This document shows positions 47,750 to 60,590 of a stretch of 64,000 nt of DNA, piece by piece. Positions within the stretch are counted from its first letter, which is position 1, and every line of letters starts with the position of its first letter. Origin of the DNA: Prorocentrum cordatum (taxonomy: Eukaryota); NCBI GenBank assembly GCA_963575745.1, contig CAUYUJ010000091.1:1-64000 (forward strand), in the 5' to 3' direction. The notes under the pieces are model-generated. The model was given only the letters and a program-made list of their open reading frames with translations. It did no database searches and was not told the DNA's origin. The position numbers and the translations under genes were made by a program.

Positions 47750-47961
47750 CAGTGGGGGCGCGCGTCAAGGAAGCATCTGCTTTTCGTCAGGGTAACTATC
47801 CTGGGTTTCTCTTCGCTCCTCGCGCTGCGCGGTGGCTTCCCGCAGCCGTTGAAGGAGTTGCTGCGTTCAGGGTGCTCCGGGTTTCCCCTCAGGTGCACCT
47901 CGCGCACGGGTTCTCAGGGTTGGGTCTCTTGCGAGGATTTCTTGCGGCCGCGCCCGCATTG
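47750..47961 (+). mobile_element. MITE family A2 (related CAGTG ends)
   Basis: CAGTGGGGGCGCG…CGCGCCCGCATTG|TA. A second copy lies at 50918-51361 and an extra left-end copy at ~47666. Confidence 0.7.
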
Positions 47962-50220
47962 TAGTCTGGGGACTATTTTTTGAAGAATGTTCGGAGCATG
48001 TTTGATACTTTGATTATTTTTTTCATATTTCGTCCAAAATCCACCCGTAGGGGGGCATGCCCGACCGAAGTCTGCTCGTGCTTTGCCTGGTGGGGGGTCC
48101 TGAGGAAGGTCGCTGAGGCCTCGCGCGGCAGCTCGCGCGCAGACATGGTCGCGTCGTAAGCACATCGTAAACAAATAAACAGACCCACGCAGCGCTCACG
48201 GGGCGCCCGCAGGCGGTCGCGCGGCGATGCTCCGGAGTTAGTCCGACGTAAATCCGACGCACTTCCGACGCAGTCCGACGTGAACCCGACGTCAAGCCGA
48301 CGTCAATCGGGTCTCGAGTTGCCGCGCGAGGGCTCCAGGATTTCCCTCATGAGACTGGCGCCCCCGAAAGTCCCGACCCTTCCCCCGGAACCGGCTCTTC
48401 CTCCCGAGCCGTTCCTTCACGGCCCCGGGGCCCGGCGAGGGCACCCTGAGGCCGAGGACGGTGACGACGCTGGCCGTCCTGCGCTGTTCGCGACGCGACC
48501 ACGCCTGCGCGCGAGGGGCCGCGCGAGGCCTCCGGGAGGTGCTCCTCGCCACAGAGCGGCCCCGTGGCCGCCCCTTCTGGGCGCGACGCGGCTTCGGCAC
48601 GCCGCCCGCGCGCGGGCAGCCTGCGGCTGCGCCTCGGGCCTCGCCGCGCTGCCGCCCCGGGGGAGCGCCGCGTCGGGGCGCCCTGCGTGCGCGCCTGCGT
48701 CGGGGCGCTGGCGCGTCAGGCGGGCCTGTCCCTCGACAGGAGGGGCATCATCCCAGAAGCATCCAAAAATGGTCGGGGGACGATCTTTCGACGATGTGTG
48801 ACCATGTTCGAATACGTTTTCTACTACTTTTCCACTTTCGCCAGACATCCGCCTGTAGGAGGACATGCCCGACCTGATTCATGCTAACGCTTCGCTGGCG
48901 CCATCTTGCGAAGGCCTTGCGGTCGGCGCCGCCAGCCCTGAAGGGAGACGACGACAACGCCTGCGGCGGCGGCGACGACGATGGCGTGGGCCAGAGTTCT
49001 CAGGGATTCTTCGTGGGATCTCTTCGGAAGGCTCTCGGGGGTCTCTGGGGAGGAACTCCGGGTCCTCTTGGGATCATCTTGGGGACCTCTTTGGAGCCTC
49101 TTGGGGGCCTCTTCGGGCTTCCTGGGGGCCTCTTGTGGGCCACTTTGGACCTCTTGGGAACCTCTTGTGGCCTCCTGGGAGCCTCTCGGGGCCGAGGGCT
49201 CGAAATGTCCGTTCATATGTCCTGCACCATATTCACTGCACCACATCTCTCACGCCAGGTCGATTTTTCGATTCAAAGGAGATAGACTCCACTGCCCTCT
49301 TACCCGGGATCTTCGATATGCTCTGGGATTGCACAAATGATTGATGATTTTGCCCCATCGCTCATATTCCATTTCAATTCGTGGGACGATATCGCCCCCA
49401 CTTTCCTCCCTATTAAATACGCCCGCGCGATTCCATTTGTTAATATCAGAAGATCGTGTTGCAAGACTCCTTTTTAAGCAGTGACAGAAAATCAATGCAC
49501 GCGCGCGCACATGCCGAAACCATGTCAGACACGTCTGTTCTGCACGCATAAGCACATCATGCACCTTCTCTATTTTCCGCCACAACTCTTGCAGATGTTC
49601 TGCCCGCGCACATGTATTGAAGGCGTCGGAAACATGGTTTTCACAAGTTTACCCAGGACACACATTCCCATCTCACCCCACAGTGCATCCGCGTTAATCT
49701 AGCATGTGCCCAGTTCACGAATCCGTGCAACATGTTACCATGCGCGTCACGCGCGCGCGCCGCCACGCGCGCGTGCCGAAATCCTTCAGAAGCCATGCGT
49801 TTTCGATGCATTGCACGATATGGCTCGTCAGGCTGTCTCGATAGTTGCCCCGATGGTTGTTCGGATGGTTGCCCAGTTGTTCCGATGGTTGTCTTTTCCC
49901 GCCGTTGTGTTCTGATTGTCCCGTGGTTGTCCGTGTTTGTCCCGTGCTTATCCCGAGTTTGCCCCGTGTGTATCCCGTGGCTCTCCTTCGGTCGCGTCCT
50001 TAGAAAGATCGTGATAACGGCCGATTGATCGTGAGATCGCTCGACATGTTGATAGTGGAACCGGTGAGAGTACAAGAAGTCCGGGGGCAGGCATATGAAT
50101 TGTGAGGCCTGTTCACAGATTGTGAGGCCGAGCGATTGTGAGAGCGTTTGGTAGATTGATAGTGAGATCGGTGAGTGGATCGTGTGTCCGATAGATCGTT
50201 GCATGGGGGGGGGCGACTTA

Positions 50221-50383
50221 CAGTGTGGGCCCATGTCAGGTAACACCCTGCTTGCCTCCAGGGTGCCCTGGGGCTCTCGGGTGTTGATGGTCTTGCCATG
50301 CAGAGCGCGACGCTTCCACACCAAAAGCACGATGGACGTCCTGGGGTCTCAGGGTGGGGTTTCTTGTGGTCGGGCCTCCACTC
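50221..50383 (+). mobile_element. MITE family A copy (internal deletion)
   Basis: TA|CAGTGTGGGCCCATG…ACACCCTGCTTGCCTCCAGGGTGCCC…GGGCCTCCACT. Confidence 0.75.
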
Positions 50384-50917
50384 TGCGTGCTGCGTGCCAA
50401 AAGTGGTGCAGGCTGTGCGTGCACAGGCCGGGGCGCGGGCCAGAGCACGCGGAGCGGACGGGAGGCGGTCACGGATCGGCACCGGGTGTGGAAAGCGGGA
50501 GGGCCCGGAGGGCGCACAGAGCACGAGGGGCCAAGCTTCCACCACCGCCACTGCCACACGGAGGGCGGGGGAGAAGGGAGGACGGAGAGGTCCTGCTCCT
50601 CCTCCTGCTGCTGCGCTCCCGCTGGCGGACCATTGGCCACTGCCACACGTCGGGCGGGGGAGAAGGGAGGATGGAGAGGTCCTCCTCCTCCTCCTCCTCC
50701 TCCTCCTCCTCCTCCTCCTCCTCCTCCAGACGCGCGCAAGGCGCCAGTCTAAGTGTGTTGGCGTTGACCCCCTTGTGCGGATGGCCTGTCCTGCCCTCTT
50801 CCTCCTCCTCCTCCTGCATATGGTAGTGGTGGTGGAAAGTCGGCCCATCAGGGCAGAGACGAGGCGGGCATGAGCGGGCACCTGGCGAGGCACAGGGAAT
50901 GCCCATCCAATTCCTTG

Positions 50918-51361
50918 AAGTGGGGGCGCGCCAAGACACCCTATGTTTTTCGCCAGGGCATCCTGGGTTTCTTCGCTCCAGGCCTCCTAGATGGGGTCGG
51001 AGTAGATGGGGTCGGAGGATCTCGCCGCATCGGCGATGCATCAGTGACGCGGCTCGATGTGGGGTCCAATTTTCTCCACGCCGACGTCACAACGCCGATG
51101 CATCGCAGACGTCGCCAGTGCATGGCCGATGCATCGCCGAGGTATCGGCGATGCGGTGCGATCCTTCGACCCCATGTACTCGGACCCCAACTAAGAGGCA
51201 TCTATTTTCTATTCGCTCCGCGAGCTGCGCGGTGACTTCTGTCAGCCGTTGAAGAAGCTGTTGCGTTCAGGGTGCTCTGGGTTTCCCCTCAGGTGCACCT
51301 CGCGCGCGGGTTTTCAGGGTTGGGTCTCTTGCGAGGATTTCTTGCGGTCGCGCCCGCACTG
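50918..51361 (+). mobile_element. MITE family A2 copy containing a nested family B element
   Basis: Collinear with 47750-47961 once 50980-51204 is removed. Ends CGCGCCCGCACTG|TA. Confidence 0.72.
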
Positions 51362-51689
51362 TATGAACCAGGTGGGAAGCCTTTTAGTGCAAACAACATT
51401 TGGGGTATGATACGGGTAGCTCGACCAATGCACCTATCCATACGGATCTTCATAACAACATACATATATGCCACCAGTTTGCTGGCCATCGCAAATCGAC
51501 GGGTGCGCCAATCTGTCAACATCGCTGACTACAAGTTTGGTGGTCTTGTACGTCTGCTGGCCACTATTCCACCAGCCCGCCCTCTTCCGTCCCACCTGAA
51601 TTCCTCCTTCCTTTCTCTATTCTCCTCCCGCCCCGTTCACTCACGCAGCTACGTTCTACTCCATCCCTCCCTTGTAGGTTTGGTGGTGA

Positions 51690-51960
51690 GATCAAAGTGG
51701 AATGGAGAGCCCCCCACTGGGAAATCGGTTTCGGGTTCGGGTTCGTGCTGTGCGTGCGGGCGAGGCGGAGCTGCGTGGGCGGGCGAGAGGAATGTCTCCG
51801 CTGTGGCTCGGGCGGGTCTAGACAAAAGACCACCCCTCCGGTGGGCCGGCGTGTCCCGTTGTGGTGTCCCGCCGTGATGTCCTGTCGGTGTCCGCGGGCG
51901 GTGGCCGTGGGTGCCCCGCCGCTGTGTCGCGTCGGTGCCCAGTTGGTGCCCCGTTGGTAC
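51690..51960 (+). repeat. Dispersed family I (GAGAGCCCCC…GGGAAATCGGTTTCGG…GCTGCGTGGGCGGGCGAGA, then GTGTCCC motifs)
   Basis: Second copy at ~57040-57290. Confidence 0.7.
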
Positions 51961-53322
51961 CCCGTCGTACTCAACGCCACCGTCGTCGCTGTCATCACCA
52001 CAGTCATCACCACTACGATCATCGCACTCACCACCGCACTCGCCACCACCACGATCACCACAAGCATCATCACACTCATCACCACACTCGTCACCACACT
52101 CATCATCATACTCCCCATCGCCACAGTCATCCTCAAAGGTGTATGGGGCCAAATCAGTGCCACTCATCGCCATCATGCTTTTCCGCCAGCATCGCCGGTA
52201 TGTTAGCCCATTGCCGTTTGCATCGTCGTCATTCATCGTCGCCAATTCGCGAGCGCATCGCCACCATCGCAATCATCGCAGTTGTCCTCAGTTTGCTCGG
52301 TCCCCCCAACTTCCTGATCACCCGAAGGGTGCTTGCATGCGTGTTAAAACATGTGTCCATGTGTCCCTCTCTTTCTCTGCCTCTCTTGTTTTGCATCTCT
52401 TTTCCTCTCTCTCTCTTTTTGTGCTTGTGTGTTTCTCTCTCTCTCTCTCTCTCTCCTTTTTTTGTTTTATCTCTCTCTCTCTCTCTTTCTCTTTCCCCTG
52501 AACTGCCCCCCCTGGTCCTCCTCCCTCCTCCCCCCTGCTTCTCACACTCCCCCCTTCTCCCCTGTCGCCCCCCTCCCTCCTCCCCCTCCCTCTTTCCCCT
52601 CCCTCCCCCCCCCGACGCCTCCCCCTCCCGCAGCCGTCCTCCTGCGCCCCGCACCCTCCCCCCCGCAGCCATTTTGATCCACGGGCCTGGCCTGGGTTCT
52701 CGAGGGAGAGCCCCAGGGGAGACCGCCCCGCGGCCGCCACTTGTTAAGTCGGGCCTGCCAGGGGGAAATCCAAAAAGAGGCAGCACAAATACCCTGGGGA
52801 CGTTGTTGTTGACTATCGTTGCCCAGTTGGGTGTTTTTGGCGTTTTTTTTTCCTTTGTTCGCCCAAGATCCCCCTGCAGGGGGGGACAGGCCCGACTTAA
52901 CGCTAATTATATTTGCGGCGCGGCCCGCCGAGCGCGCCCCCCGGCGAGCGCGCTCATGGCGCCGGGCTCGGCCCGGGGCGGCGGCGGACGGGGGGGGGCA
53001 GGGGGTGGGGGAGGGGAGGACGGGGTGTGTGGGGGGGGGGGGGCCTAGAGATCTGGCGCACGGGGGGGGGGGGCCAGAGATCCAGCGCATGGACAAGAGT
53101 CAGGGCGGAGGCTTTTCGCCGACTTCGGCCCCTGTGGGCCCTCGCCGGGCCTCGGGGCCTTCGCAAGACGACTGAGGACGAAGAACAGGTCCTGGGGAAT
53201 GGGTCGAGACTTCCAGAGACCCCGTATTGATTAAATCACGACATCGGTTCTCTAGGGATGGGGAGGCGGACAGGAGGCGGAGGCGGACAACGGAGGAGGA
53301 GGCGGGGGCAGGAGGTTGGTCA

Positions 53323-53542
53323 AGCAGTGGCGAAGCGTCCTGGCTCGCCTCTATAGGGCCACCGAAGAATGTTCTCAGAACTTCTTTCGTGGTTTGCACG
53401 AAGTGTTATCAGAACATGTCTGAACCTGCCTTGTTTTTAGAACATCGGGATTATCTTCTAAGAATATTCATTTTGTTGTTTAAGGGTTCTAAGAACATGT
53501 CGTGGTAGGCCTATAGGAATGCCGGGACGGTCGGTCCCTGCT
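53323..53542. mobile_element. MITE family H (AGCAG…TATAGG / CCTATA…CTGCT; internal GTTCTAAGAAC)
   Basis: Imperfect TIRs. A second copy is split into 45011-45165 and 46725-46781. Confidence 0.65.
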
Positions 53543-54677
53543 GAAGTTGGGGAGGACGGCGTGGTGGAGGTGGATGTGGAGGCGGATAGGAGGCAGGAGG
53601 CGGGGGCGGATGCGATTGGGCCCCGGTTGGCAGACCCCCTCCCTTCTGGGAGTGGCCGCTGTCTGAGAGCCAGCCACCCCCGGGAGGCCAGGGCGGAGGC
53701 CGAGGTGGAGGTGGTCGGGCGGGTGGTAACAGGGGGTTACAAATGAGGGGTGAAGAAAAGAGCCCTGACGGGGCCCTGTAGGGCCCCTTTTTGGCTCCTG
53801 CTGGCTCCACGGGCCCTAAAGGGCCCCGTTCTTCACCCCCCATTGCGGTCACCCCCCACTGTCACCCGCCCAAGGCTAGGGGGGCGGATGCGAAGGCGGA
53901 CAAGATGCAGAGGCGGACAGGAGGACAGGAGGCGGACAAGTGCAGGGGGGCGGTGGCCGAGGCGGAGGGGGGGAGGAGGACGCTAATGGGAGCAAACGGT
54001 AAAACAAACCTGGGGCGGACGATTAAACAATAAGTTCGCCGGCTTGGTTGCCCCCAAAATAGGGGAGAGGGGAGCAAGCCGACGGAGGGCGGACAATCGC
54101 GGGCTGTGGCGGCCAGGGAAGGCCCACGGACCGCCCAAAGTTTGCGAGCCATGCACTTGCAGCATAAGATGGTTTGACCTCCTCCTCCTCCCCCTCTCGC
54201 TCCTCCTCCTCCTCCTCCTCCTCCTCCTCCTCCTCCTCCTCCTCCTCCTCCTCCGCTTCCTTCACATCCTCCTCCTCTCCTCCTCGTCCTCCTCCTCGTC
54301 CTCCTCCTCCTCCTCCTCCCTCCTCCTCCTCCTCCTCGTCCTCCTCCTCTTCCTCCGCTTCCTTCACCTCCTCCTCCTCGCCCTCCTCCTCGTCCTCCTC
54401 CTCGTCCTCCTCCTCCTCCCAGTCGCCTCGGTCGTCGTCGTCCGCGAGGGCGATTGCGCCGACCAGAAGGACGACGACGAAGACGACGACAACGACGACC
54501 ACGACGACGAGGACGAGGACGAGCATAGGGACGCGGACGCGGACGCGGGCGAGGACGACGACGGACGACGACGGCGACGACGACGACGACGCACTGCGGA
54601 TGCCCTATGGGGGGTGGAGGAGTGCTGCGTGGGCCCGCTGTAGTCGGCGACGACGACGACAACGACGACGACGACAG

Positions 54678-54749
<72 letters not shown>

Positions 54750-55063
54750 GTGACGACGACGACGGCGTGAGGACGACGACGACGACGAGGACGAGGACGG
54801 GGACGAGGACGAGGACGACGACGGACAACGACGGCATTGACGAAGGCGACGATGCACTACGGATGCCCATCTGCGCAGGCCCGCTGTAGTCGACGACGGC
54901 AACGACGACGACAACGAAGCGACGACGAGGATTAGGACGAGGACGAGTGCGAGGACGAGGACGACGACGACGACGGACGACGACGGCGACAACGACGCAC
55001 TGCGGATGCCCTGTGGGGGGGGGTGCTGCGTGGGCCCGCCGTACGCCACCGTGGGCGGCGACA

Positions 55064-55103
<40 letters not shown>

Positions 55104-55109
55104 CGACGA

Positions 55110-55141
<32 letters not shown>

Positions 55142-55150
55142 CGACGACGA

Positions 55151-55185
<35 letters not shown>

Positions 55186-55246
55186 ACGACAAGCGACAAC
55201 GACGAACGACGACGGCGACGACGAGGACGACGACGACAACGACGAC

Positions 55247-55293
<47 letters not shown>

Positions 55294-55414
55294 CGGCGCG
55301 ACGACGACGACGTCGAGGATGTGGACCAGGACGGGGACGAGGACGACGACGGACGACGGCGACGAGGACGAGGATGAGGAAGACGATGAGGACGACGATG
55401 AGGACGAGGACGAG

Positions 55415-55449
<35 letters not shown>

Positions 55450-56055
55450 ACGACGACGACGACGACGACGCACCGCGGATGCCCTACGGGGGGCGAGGGT
55501 GTGCTGCGCAGGCCCGCTGCAGACGACGACGACGATTTCTGTTTTTTTCAATGCGTTGGATCTCTGGGTTTTGGTTTCCCCACAGGTAACATGTCGTAGG
55601 TAGCGGCAGGCAGGCCTCCGGCCCGAGGGCGCCCGCTGGCCCGCGGGGGGGCAGCGGCCCTGGCGGGCCGGGCCCGTCGCTCGCGCGGTGCTGCGAGGGG
55701 CACACCCGCTCCCCCGCTCTGTGCTCGTGTCTTGCGTCGTCCTCGACGTCCTCGCCCTTGGACCAATGTCCTCCTCCTCCTCCTCCTCCTCCTCCTCCTC
55801 CTCCTCCTCCTCCTCCTCCTCCTCCTCCTCCCCTTCCTCCTTCTCCTCCTCCTCCTCCTCCTCCTCGTCCTCCTCCTCCTCCTCCTCCTCTTCCCCATCC
55901 TCCTCCTCCTATTCGGCCTCACGGCGGCGTCAGGCGCCGGCCAGCGGTGGCGGCAGCGCCTGACGCCGCCTTGAGATTTGGGGACCTCGTCGCCGCCGTT
56001 GGGGCGCACGGCCACAATGGCAGTGGGCTCAACCGGGGAGGGGGCAAAGACTTTG

Positions 56056-56287
56056 GGCCTCCCAGATGGCGTCCGAGCGGATGGGGTCGGAGGATCGCGC
56101 CACATCGCCGATGCATCGGCGGTGCAGCTCGATGCGGGGCCCGATTTTCTCCATGCCGGCGTCGCCGATTCACCGCCGACGTCGCCGATGCGTCGCCGAT
56201 GCATTGTCGATGCGTCACCGATGCATCGGCGATGCGGCGCGATCCTCCGACCCGATCTACTCGGACCCCACCTAGGAGGCCTCTAGA
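56056..56287. mobile_element. Foldback element family B (~230 bp, ~60-bp TIRs, GCATCGCCGATGC core)
   Basis: GGCCTCCCAGATGG…GGGTCGGAGGATCGCGCC pairs with GGCGCGATCCTCCGACCC…CCACCTAGGAGGCC. Other copies at 8500-8745, 41192-41435 and 50980-51204. Confidence 0.82.
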
Positions 56288-56776
56288 GACGTAATCGGTG
56301 AGTGAACTGCGCGGAGATAATCGAACGCTCCACGCGCGTTCGCAGCCAGGAGTGAATGCGCGGCCTCCGCGGGGACACTGCAGGCGCGTTCCTCACGAGG
56401 GTGCGGACCGATACGTGTTTTGCCAAATGAGTTCCACATTGTTTTAAAGGTTGGTGGGGCCTCCGATTTGCGCTGGGCCATGTGGAGTTCTCTCTGTTCT
56501 TCGTCGTCCCCATCCTACAGACCCCTCTCCCTCAGCCTCTCCCTCCTCCGTCCCTCGAGGGACGGAGAGGAATGGGAAGGGAAGGGAAGGGAAGGGGAGA
56601 GGGAGGGAGGGAGGGAACGTGAAAGGGGAGGGGCGGCTAATCGGGGAGGGGAGAGGAGGAGGGGGGGGGGCGGGGCAAAGCCGGGGAGGACGGGGAGGGA
56701 GGAGTACGGAGGGAGGGGAGCGAGGAGCGAGGGCCACGAGGAAGGGCGAGACGCTCCTCCCAAGGCGCAGCCAGGC

Positions 56777-56839
56777 ATGGCGAAGCCTAGCAGCGACGAC
56801 CAGGAGCGGTTGCTCGACGAGGCCACCGCCGTGGTCAAG
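56777..56839 (+). CDS. VPS35: Probable first coding exon of retromer subunit VPS35
   Basis: MAKPSSDDQERLLDEATAVVK closely matches the conserved VPS35 N-terminus as recalled ((D/E)QEKLLDEA..xVK). Similarity stops at AAG|GA. No further VPS35 exon was found in the window. Confidence 0.72.
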
Positions 56840-57287
56840 GACCGTCATCGGCCCCCACCCCCCTGACGTGTCGGACCCCAGGAGGCGATGCTCTTTCGAC
56901 ACCTCGCTGGCGTGTCGGGCAGACACGGTGTCGATGCTGGGTGCTCGGAATTGTTGCGGGAATGTGGCCCTCGAGTGCGACGGGGACAAAGTATCCCCTC
57001 TCCTCGAAGAAGAACAAGCGGCATCGGAGGTGAGGGGGGAAGATCGAAGTGGAACGGAGAGCCCCCCTACCGGGAAATCGGTTTCGGTTTCGTGTTCGTG
57101 CGTGCCGTGCTTGCGGGCGAGGCGAAGCTGCGTGGGCGGGCGAGAAATAAGTCTCCTGTAGCTTGTAGCTGAGGCGCGGCCGGGCCAAAAGTCTCCGTTC
57201 CGGCAACCGGTGCCCCGCGGTGTCCCGCCGGTGTCCCGCTCGGGGGCAAGTGGCGCGCGGTGTCCTGCCAGGGTCCCGTCGGTGTCC

Positions 57288-57674
57288 CGATGATGATGAT
57301 GATGATGATGATGGTGATGATGGTGATGATGATGATGATGATGATGATGGTGATGATGGTGATGATGATGATGATGATGACGCTGATGCTGATGCTGATG
57401 ATGATGATGATGATGATGATGCTGATGCTGATGCTGATGCTGATGCTGATGCTGATGCTGACGCTGATGCTGATGCTGATGCTGATGTCGATGATGATGA
57501 TGATGATGATGATGATGCTGCTGCTGCTGCTGATGCTGATGCTGATGCTGATGCTGCTGATGATGCTGATGCTGCTGATGATGATGATGATGTTGATATT
57601 GATGATGTTGATGATGTTGACCATGTTGGCGATGATGATGATTATGGTGATGGTGGTGATGATGATGGTGTCCC

Positions 57675-57710
<36 letters not shown>

Positions 57711-57711
57711 A

Positions 57712-57748
<37 letters not shown>

Positions 57749-57762
57749 CAATGATGATGATC

Positions 57763-57809
<47 letters not shown>

Positions 57810-58071
57810 AACGATGTTGATGATGATGATGATGATGATGATGGTGATGGTGATGGTGATGGTGATGGTGATGGTGATGATGGTGCCCCGATGGTGATGA
57901 TGTTGATGATGGTGATGATGCTGATGTTGGTGTTGATGATTTCGGCGATGATGATGATGATGATGATGGTGGTGATGACGATGGTGACGACGATGATGGT
58001 GTTCTGATGATGATGCTGATGTTGCTAATGATGATGATGATGTTGGTGTCCCAGTGATGATGAGATGACGT

Positions 58072-58112
<41 letters not shown>

Positions 58113-58327
58113 CTGATGGTGGTGGTGTTCCGATGATGATGATGATTTTGTCCCGATGATGATGATGATGTTGATGATGATGATGGTGACGATGGTGGTG
58201 TCCTGACGATGATGATGATGGTGGTAATGATGCTGATGATGATGGTCATGAGGTGATGATGATGGTGTCCCGATGATGCTGACGATGATGAAGATGTTGA
58301 TGACGTTGATGACGATGATGTTGCTGC

Positions 58328-58360
<33 letters not shown>
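57288..58360. repeat. (GAT)n/(GCTGAT)n microsatellite; also 60610-61207; followed by GAGATCGAT-type repeat 58375-58600
   Basis: Directly visible. A related GATC-rich patch lies at 50020-50200. Confidence 0.95.
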
Positions 58361-59460
58361 CGTTGATTGTGACATCGATTGTGATTTCGATAGTGAGATC
58401 GATAGTTTGACCGAATGTGAGATCGATCGTGTGATCGATAGTGATATCGATTGTGAGGTCGATAGTCAGATCGATTGTGAGATCGATCGAATGAAATAGA
58501 TCGAGTGATATCGATTGTGAGATCGATCGAGTGAGATCGATCGAGCGAGACCGATCGTGAGATCGATAGTGAGATCGATAGTGAGACCGATCGAGTGAGA
58601 CGTTGGTTCCTCCCCCCCCGAACCTCATTATCACCCGAAGGGTGGTCGTATAGGTAGATATACACTTTTGGCGCTCCGCGCGGATTTCTTGGGACGGCGC
58701 CGGAGGCGCCAGGGGGGTCCAGCGCGGATCCACGAAATCCGCGCCGAGTGCCACAAGTTAATGTTTATGGCGTTTGTTCCTCTTCTAGAGCTGAAGTCAG
58801 GAGGGGGAAAAATACACAGACACAATTTATCGTCGATCCCCAGGAAAGTACAGGAAAATATGGGAAGTGAGGGGGAAGACGAACATCCAGAAAATATGAT
58901 GAAACATGGGGAATCCGGGGATTTGTGTGTCTATTTAAATGTGTGTCTATTGGCGCCCTTCATGAAGAACCGACTGCCGTCTGGATTCGTCAGCAGTTAC
59001 GAAATGGACCAGGACCCACTGGGGCCCTCGGTGGAGCTCCCTATGGGGCCACGAAGCGGTATACTGGGTTGGGGGACGCTAGGACCTTCGATGGAGCTCC
59101 AGATGGGGCCAAACGCTCTGTCGGCAGACCCAGCTTGAGATGGGGTGACGCGTTCCGTGCATGATAAGACAGTGATCTCTCTGATCTAATGGATGTAGGT
59201 GTGCCCACGGCGTGCTGCTGGCAGCCCCCCTCCCCTCCTCCTCCTCCCTCCTCCTCCTCTCGCTCTTCTTAGCCAGCAGGGTTTCTCTGACCGACAACTT
59301 GCACACCACAGGATTTATTAATTGCATTTTCCTGCGTGTGCTCGTTGCCGTTATTGATTTTCCGACATGTTCAGCGCACGGTCTGCCCTCTAGTTGACCG
59401 CTCCGGTTAACGGAGTTGGCACGCAGGCTTCCGTTCCGTTCTGTTCCGTTCCGTTCCGTT

Positions 59461-60590
59461 CCAGATGGGGCCACGTAGCATTCTAATGGATGGGGGAAGC
59501 GCATGCGGACACCGCCATTGAGGCCTTCGCTGGAGCTCCCTGTGGGGCAACGGAACGTTATGGGGCCAAGAAGCGTTGCACGGATGTGGGCACCGCCACT
59601 GGGGCTTTCGGTGGAGCTCCTTGTTGGGCCTCGAAAGGTTGTAGTGAGTGAGGGAAACGCATGCGGACACCGCCACTGGGGCCTTCGGTGGGGATCCGTA
59701 TAAGGGCCACCAAACGCTGTACTGGGTGAGGGAAAATGCCTGCGGACACCTCCATTGGGGCCTTCGCTGGGGTCCCCTCCCGTGGGGCCACGAAACTTTG
59801 TATTGAGTGGGGGGAACGCATGCTGGCGGTGCCACTGGGGCCCTCGGTGGAGCTCCCTATGGGCCCAGAAAAGCGATGTGCTGGGTGCGGGAGACGCATG
59901 CGGGCGGAGCCATTGGGGAATTCGGTGGAGATTCGTAGGGGCCACGAAATGTTGTACCGTGTGGGGGAAACGCATGCGGACACCGCCACCGCCATTGGGG
60001 CTTTCGGTGGAGCTCCCCATGGGGCCACGCATCGCTGTTCTGTTTGTGTGGGGGGGGCGCATGCGGGCGGTGCCATTGAGGCACTCGGTGGAGCTCCCTA
60101 TGGAGCCACGAGGCGCCTTACTGGGGGGGGTAACGCATGCCGGCGGTGCCACTGGGGCCTTCGGTGGAGCTCCCTATAGAGCCACGACGCGCTGTGCTGG
60201 GTGTGGGAATGCATGCTGTCGGTGCCGCTGTGGTCTTCGGTGGAGATCCTTATGGGGCCACGAAGCGCTGTACTCGGTGGGGGGAAGGCATGCGGGCGGT
60301 GCCACTGGGGCCTTCGGTGGAGCTCCCTATAGAGCCACGACGCGCCGTGCTGGGTGGGGGAATGCATGCTGTCGGTGCCGCTGTGGCCTTCGGTGGAGAT
60401 CCTTATGGGGCCACGAAGCGCTGTACTCGGTGGGGGGAAGGCATACGGTGCCACTGGGGCCTTCGGTGGAGCTCCTTATGGGGCCGCGGAGCGCTGTACT
60501 GGGTGGACATGACGCATGCGTGCGGCGCCACTGAAGCCTTCGGTGGAGCTCCGTATGGGTCCACGAGGCGTGTGAGGGTTCACATGCGGA
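59461..60590 (+). repeat. ~78-bp tandem satellite, ~14 units
   Basis: Consensus GCATGCGGGCGGTGCCACTGGGGCCTTCGGTGGAGCTCCCTATGGGGCCACGAAGCGCTGTACTGGGTGGGGGAAAC. Two orphan units lie at ~59015-59115. Confidence 0.92.

Noticed and set aside
48461..48600. GNAT-like peptide (ARGLREVLLATE…FWARRGF)
   Set aside because: Its 5' part is an inverted copy of 48116-48156 within a repeat cluster. There is no acetyl-CoA motif and no clear splice sites.
59461..60590. CRISPR-like array
   Set aside because: The 'spacer' parts are homologous to one another, and there are no cas genes. It is a satellite.
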